DNA of 63,247 nt, filler included, from Licmophora abbreviata (Eukaryota): the NCBI GenBank assembly GCA_900291995.1. It is 10 parts of 10 records of this genome, joined end to end, with 100 filler letters (N's around TTAATTAATTAA, not from the genome) between each part and the next. Parts side by side here need not be neighbours in the genome. Positions count along the whole stretch, not along the records: positions 58,613 to 60,680 come from OLMU01004230.1; positions 60,781 to 63,247 come from OLMU01004232.1; 8 more parts are not named here. One strand, 5' to 3'. This document shows positions 58,613 to 63,247 of the stretch, piece by piece. The notes beneath the pieces are model-generated. The model saw only the letters and a list, made by a program, of their open reading frames with translations, was not told the DNA's origin and did not search any database. The position numbers and the translations under genes were made by a program. Positions within the stretch are counted from its first letter, which is position 1; the number at the start of each line of letters is the position of its first letter.

Positions 58613-60633
58613 TGTGACTGAGGTGTCAACTCGTTGGTGACTGATCGGATGGAGACAGCACGATTCGCTTCTTCATACTGCCGAGCGTCTCGCATATTGG
58701 CGGTCATCACATCGTTAGTATCGGTACCTTCCTGGACAGATCTAAGGACAGCAGTCGATAGGAGACCACCTTGGCCTTCTGAACTCTCCCCATCACTCGA
58801 GGACAAGGCAAAGGAGACCCCCCGTTCTTTGCGGATCAGTCCGCGAGCATCCACATCTGACTGACGATCTTTCAACAAAACAGATGCTTTCATGGCACTT
58901 TCCTCCGAAACTGAGATCGTTGCGCGGGAGCCCGCTGTATGAAATACAGCCACAGGGCGGGTAGGAAGAGACGAAGGACTTCCGCTGTCGGCGGTGTGAT
59001 CTTTGAGAAGTGAGTTTGCTACCGACAAGCTCTCGTCCGAGATAGAGATCTGTGCCCGTGACCCCGCCGTTCGACACATTGTCTGAGCATGTGACTCAAT
59101 GCAATCAGCTAGCCCATCAGCAGAATGATTCCCCCGAGAACCTGTCTTTGCCAGAATCCTCGACGCGTTCACACGGCTCTCCTCGGAGGTTGTGATGCTT
59201 GTGCGCGAACCCGCAGTCTGAAAGGTCAACAATGGCTTGGGCTTCGCGCTAGGCATGGGAAGCCCTTCCGTCATCAAAAAGCTGGTCCTACAGGTAGAAT
59301 CAGTGCCATCGTGCAGTATCTTCGACGCCCTCGCCTTGCTTTCTTCCGAGACTTGGACAGCTCGACCATGTCCAGCGGTTCGAAACATTTGCAGAGGGCT
59401 AGCTGGACCTTCCTTGATCGGAACGTCTCGCAGTATTTGTCGAGCAGATTCGGCACCCAAAATTGCCGATCCCTTCGCAATACTTTGCTCGGATACGGAT
59501 ATCCGCTTTTTGCTTGCGGCAGTATGGAAAGCCACAACTGGAGGCCGCCAAGACACGACCAAAGAAGGAGTTTCCCCAGTATCCAGTATATGCGCAGCCT
59601 TGGACAGACTCTCGCTCGACACATTGATCCGTGATCGGCTTCCAGCTGTCAAGAAACCAGCCCTTCCGTTGTGAGTTACATCGGCCTCTGCCTTGGCAGT
59701 CGCCTCACTGCCCAGAACATTTGATGCCCGTTCCATACTATCAACAGAGACGTGGATTATTGAGTGGCTTCCTGCAGTTTGAAATTCAACAGGAGAATGG
59801 TTCTTGACATCGGTCGCTTCTCTGGGTGGGTGCACTCGAAGTTGAGCAGCCTGCATCACGCTCGCCTCCGACTCTTCAACGAGCCTCTCCTGACCAGGAC
59901 CAAGACCAGCACGCACTTCCGACATGACGACTGGCGTGTCAATCGGTTGCGCCAAATAATTCAAAACCTTATCGGTGGTTCTCGCTGTGCCTCCCTCTGA
60001 TACTGAATTCGAAGATAGTCTCCTCCTTCGACAGGCAGGAGACGGCATGAGCTCTCCATCGCTCTCGATCCCTTCTGAAACAAATATACTCATCTTTTGA
60101 TCGATTGGAGAATGCGGTACGCAGGGACTGTCTAAGGCCCTAGCGATCGGCCTTCGAGCGCAGGATACCGGTACAGCCGTTTCTGATATCAGCGTTTCTT
60201 CTGCAGGAAGGCGAGGCGCCGTCTCATCGTCCGTCTCTTTCGCAGCGGTCTCATCTATTTGTGACATGGCTTGTGTGTACATGAATCCCGCAGGTGGCTG
60301 GCTGAGTAGCTGCGAAAAGTGAAGGTCAGCTTCTTCCTGAGACGATGAACATGGATCGTCGATGGCGGTTTCCTGAGAGGTGTCGGCGGCCGCATGCTGA
60401 AGTTGTCCTTCTTGGGAGTCCATGTCTTCTCGACTGCATCCATCCTGTTCCATAGCCCATGCGGTCTCCTCAACTGTGTAACTTGCTTGACACTCCGGAG
60501 CCACACAGCTCGATATGGCGTCCATGCCAGGTCTTCTTTCCGGGGGAGGATCGATAGAGCTCGAGTTTTCGTCTACTCCATCAACCGGCGCCGCGGTGCA
60601 ATGCGACGACTGCTGTTCGTGCGAGCGCATCAT
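58613..60633 (-). CDS. BRCA2: BRCA2-like protein, N-terminal part with 7 BRC-like repeats (3' end lost in gap)
   Basis: Seven units fitting F-x-T-A-(G/A)-x4-(I/V)-x-(V/I/T)-S-x-E-S-x3-A-x2-(I/L/V)-L, for example FRTAGHGRAVQVSEESKARASKIL. Confidence 0.8.
58870..59790 (-). repeat. Protein-coding tandem BRC-like repeat array (7 units)
   Basis: Unit cores FQTAG, FLTAG, FHTAA, FRTAG, FQTAG, CRTAG and FHTAG, spaced roughly 40-55 aa apart. Confidence 0.8.
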
Positions 60634-60924
60634 GGGTTGTCCACATCCATTCGCAGTACAGGTTTCAACCTTTGGCAGGTNNNNNNNNNNNNNNNNNNNN
60701 NNNNNNNNNNNNNNNNNNNNNNNNTTAATTAATTAANNNNNNNNNNNNNNNNNNNNNNNNNNNNNNNNNNNNNNNNNNNNCGAAATTCGAAACGACCATC
60801 CGAGGTCCGTATTCTTTTTCGCTAACGAAGAGCCTCGTAGAAATGCTACTCGTAGACTACGTACGATCTTTTTCCAAACACGAAGATTCTTCCGTATCAC
60901 TTTTTTCTTCTTTCCATCGGAACA

Positions 60925-61482
60925 ATGACGGCGAACAGCATGGCGGTCTCATGGCTCCTGGTGTCCTTTGTGCTCTGCTCTACGCTGCCGCTCCCAAGCG
61001 TTTCCGGGTATGTCGTACAACCTTGCGAGAGCTTTCTCGTTTCCTCTCGACGATGGTCCAAGATCCGACTTCGAGACGAACTACGGAAACAACGAAGCCC
61101 GCCTAAGGTTTACTATGACTTGGGGCTCGGCAAGAACCTGCCGGTTGGCGCGAAGACGGCCACAGTGACGAGAACTGATGCTGTACAAGAGGCAGCAAGG
61201 TTCTGGACGGTTCCAGAACCGGCCGTCTCTTACCCCGCTCCCTCCAGCGAGCGAATGCCGCCTTCCATATCGAACAACGACCTCGTCACTGTTCTTATTG
61301 GCGAGGTGCACACCGGCGATGAGCCTCGCACGCCCGAGAGCAGACCAAGGGCTCCTCATCACAGACCAGCACGCCAGATAGCACTCATCGATCCACTTCA
61401 GCAGGTTGACCCAAACACCATCTGGGTCGAAATGATGCTCCATAACGAACAGTGCGACTACTCCGCGACCAGCCAACGGTAA
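60925..61482 (+). CDS. Hypothetical protein with a signal peptide
   Basis: 185-aa ORF with a hydrophobic N-terminus, YDLGLGKNLPV and a C-terminal DPNTIWVEMMLH. Confidence 0.6.
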   Translation: MTANSMAVSWLLVSFVLCSTLPLPSVSGYVVQPCESFLVSSRRWSKIRLRDELRKQRSPPKVYYDLGLGKNLPVGAKTATVTRTDAVQEAARFWTVPEPAVSYPAPSSERMPPSISNNDLVTVLIGEVHTGDEPRTPESRPRAPHHRPARQIALIDPLQQVDPNTIWVEMMLHNEQCDYSATSQR

Positions 61483-61571
61483 CTTTTCGTTGAATGTCTG
61501 AACACACTAAGAATATCGCAATGAGCTGGAACTAGTTTATAAAAGCTGCCACTGACTGTCTTGTAAGTCAT

Positions 61572-62750
61572 CTAGCCCTCTTCGTGTTTGGTCTCTTCAT
61601 TTCGATTCCTTCCCCTGCGATTGTTCTCTTGTTTCTGTGGCTCCTCCCATGGCATTTTCATGTCTTCAAATTCAACGACGATGTCTTCTTCGTCATCCGA
61701 ATCCTTGTCCTTTTCCGTGCGGTCCTCAGTAGCATCGAAACCACGATCCTTCATCTTGTTGCTCACCGGCGCCTTAACTGGCTTCTTGCCCTTCTTCTTT
61801 CCATCCCACGGCGTGTCTGCCTCATGAATAATCTGCGCCGTCATGCACCCGATCCCGATTACTCTCGTCCAAATGATACCCTTCCAGATGGTGTGAGCGA
61901 TGCGGCAACACGCGCGCGACGCTCGACCTGCCTCCCCCGAGAACTCTTGCGCTCCCACACTGTCCGGTGCACAGGCCCCCGCCAGACACCCGACACAGCA
62001 AAAACACAGTCCGCACTTGAAACAGTAGTGCATAATCCTGGAGAAGAAGGAAATACACCGCTTCTGACGCGCCTCAGTGGGGTCCAAGTTGAGTCCACGC
62101 TCTTCTCTCTGGTATCGTCGCGTCACATCGAACGCACAGCACGTGGAATAGAAGCAACCGAGACACGAGACTTCAAGACAAAGGAAAGCATTGGGACAAT
62201 CCTGTTCGCCGTAGGTACCAGATTCAATGGTAATTGGCGCGCCAGGGCATGTCCTAGCGAAGCACTGCGGTCCGTCGTGGTAGCCTTGCCACAGTTTATA
62301 TTTGCTCATATCTCCATTCAGCACCTTCCGACGCGCATGCCACTGCCCGCAAGGCAGACAGATCATCGATGTACAGCATGTCAGAGGACGCCTATAGCAC
62401 GCTTGAAGCATACTGATTTCATAGCCCGACGATTCGTTCGTATGAGGCTCCGGACTAAAGCAAAAGATCATGGGAAAGGCAATGGGAGATCCGAGACACC
62501 AAATGACGTTGGAAAGCTGCTCGACAACGGGTGTGACGGGTCCCAAAACATCTGAAAACAAAAGAGGAAGTAGAATGAAACGGATGAGAGAGGCAAGTGA
62601 AGCGCGGCTCAGCCGATCCACAAGATTCACACCCTTTGTACCTGCGCACGCCCCGAACGCAGCGTTGCATCCGCATCCTCCCTTCCAACAGTCGCAGCAC
62701 ACCTGGTCAATGCCATTGTTGACAAAGTCGGGGACGAACGCTTGCGCCAT
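61572..62750 (-). CDS. Cys-rich PLAC8-like membrane protein; probable in-frame intron 62552-62641
   Basis: CCTSMICLPCGQWHARRKVL...CCAFDVTRRYQREERGL...CMTAQIIHE follows the PLAC8 pattern. The 90-nt GT-AG intron has a polypyrimidine tract. Confidence 0.7.
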   Translation of the reverse strand: MAQAFVPDFVNNGIDQVCCDCWKGGCGCNAAFGACAGTKGVNLVDRLSRASLASLIRFILLPLLFSDVLGPVTPVVEQLSNVIWCLGSPIAFPMIFCFSPEPHTNESSGYEISMLQACYRRPLTCCTSMICLPCGQWHARRKVLNGDMSKYKLWQGYHDGPQCFARTCPGAPITIESGTYGEQDCPNAFLCLEVSCLGCFYSTCCAFDVTRRYQREERGLNLDPTEARQKRCISFFSRIMHYCFKCGLCFCCVGCLAGACAPDSVGAQEFSGEAGRASRACCRIAHTIWKGIIWTRVIGIGCMTAQIIHEADTPWDGKKKGKKPVKAPVSNKMKDRGFDATEDRTEKDKDSDDEEDIVVEFEDMKMPWEEPQKQENNRRGRNRNEETKHEEG

Positions 62751-63080
62751 GGTCAAGCCGTCAAAACCGGGATTGTGAAAAACGAAGAACAGAGCATGCA
62801 TTCTCCGGGTCTCTGCAATCAGCTAGAGGCGAAACGAGAAACGAGAGTACGGAATTCGATGGCGGACTGCGGTACCGGGAGGTCGATGCGATTGTTTGTA
62901 CCGTTTGACAATACGTCTCCTACACATTCAAAACGATATGATTCGCTTCAACTCAGCGTACCGGTGCATCAGCACCTGTTATATGCAAAGGCATGTCCTA
63001 TTTGTTTAGAGTAAATGCTCCACCACCCCACTCACGATCCGCCTGCTCTCCTCTACTTCGTTCCTATCTTTCGCAGTCTC

Positions 63081-63247
63081 TTAACTGTAAAGGTCCTCTT
63101 CGTCGTCATCGTCGTCCGCATTAGCCGCGGCTCCGCCTCCCGCCGCGTTCGAGTCCGGGAAGGCAAAGGTGGCAAGACTGCCACCGGCAGCCCCTGTGAC
63201 AGCAGCTCGGGACTGCTGCAGGGTCTGCGCAAACGAGGCGTACTGGG
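63081..63247 (-). CDS. CDC48: CDC48/p97 AAA ATPase, C-terminal fragment (runs off the window)
   Basis: Translates to QYASFAQTLQQSR...FAFP...DDDDDEEDLYS*, matching the conserved p97 tail with its HbYX motif. Confidence 0.9.
   Translation of the reverse strand, partial: QYASFAQTLQQSRAAVTGAAGGSLATFAFPDSNAAGGGAAANADDDDDEEDLYS

Noticed and set aside
16889..60633. RAD54 and BRCA2 as a homologous-recombination cluster
   Set aside because: They are about 38 kb apart with more than 20 unrelated genes in between, which is compatible with chance.
61584..62555. 323-aa plus-strand ORF (and many similar antisense ORFs in the track)
   Set aside because: It is the antisense shadow of the PLAC8-like gene and has no recognisable motifs. 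Such shadows are expected in GC-balanced coding DNA.

Overview
Gene-dense eukaryotic nuclear DNA, most likely from a diatom or related photosynthetic stramenopile (inferred from short GT-AG introns, bipartite signal-plus-transit N-termini on plastid enzymes, and the gene repertoire). It is a draft scaffold: nine 100-bp linkers (N44-TTAATTAATTAA-N44) join the contigs, and five genes carry single-base frameshifts that are probably sequencing errors. About 38 protein genes are supported. Housekeeping genes include SRPRA, YKT6, EngB, RAD54, HPT, PMM, SNRNP27, IspD, TM9SF, RPC11, NUP35, a BRCA2-like gene and the CDC48 3' end. The main feature is a ~24 kb stretch (27.1-51.4 kb) rich in predicted Golgi type II glycan enzymes: five sulfotransferases from three subtypes, a GT61-like and a GT8-like glycosyltransferase, and a GDP-fucose O-fucosyltransferase, with PMM, TM9SF and a SulP-family transporter close by. 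This is a candidate sulfated (fucose-containing) polysaccharide biosynthesis locus. Unusual domain architectures include a putatively plastid-targeted thioredoxin-cNMP-EF-hand fusion, a degenerate seryl-tRNA synthetase paralog, a membrane-anchored Tudor-like/2OG-Fe(II) oxygenase, and RAD54 with an atypical bromodomain and a RanBP2 zinc finger. No rRNA, tRNA or CRISPR array was recognised. All family calls come from motifs read by eye; no database search was run.
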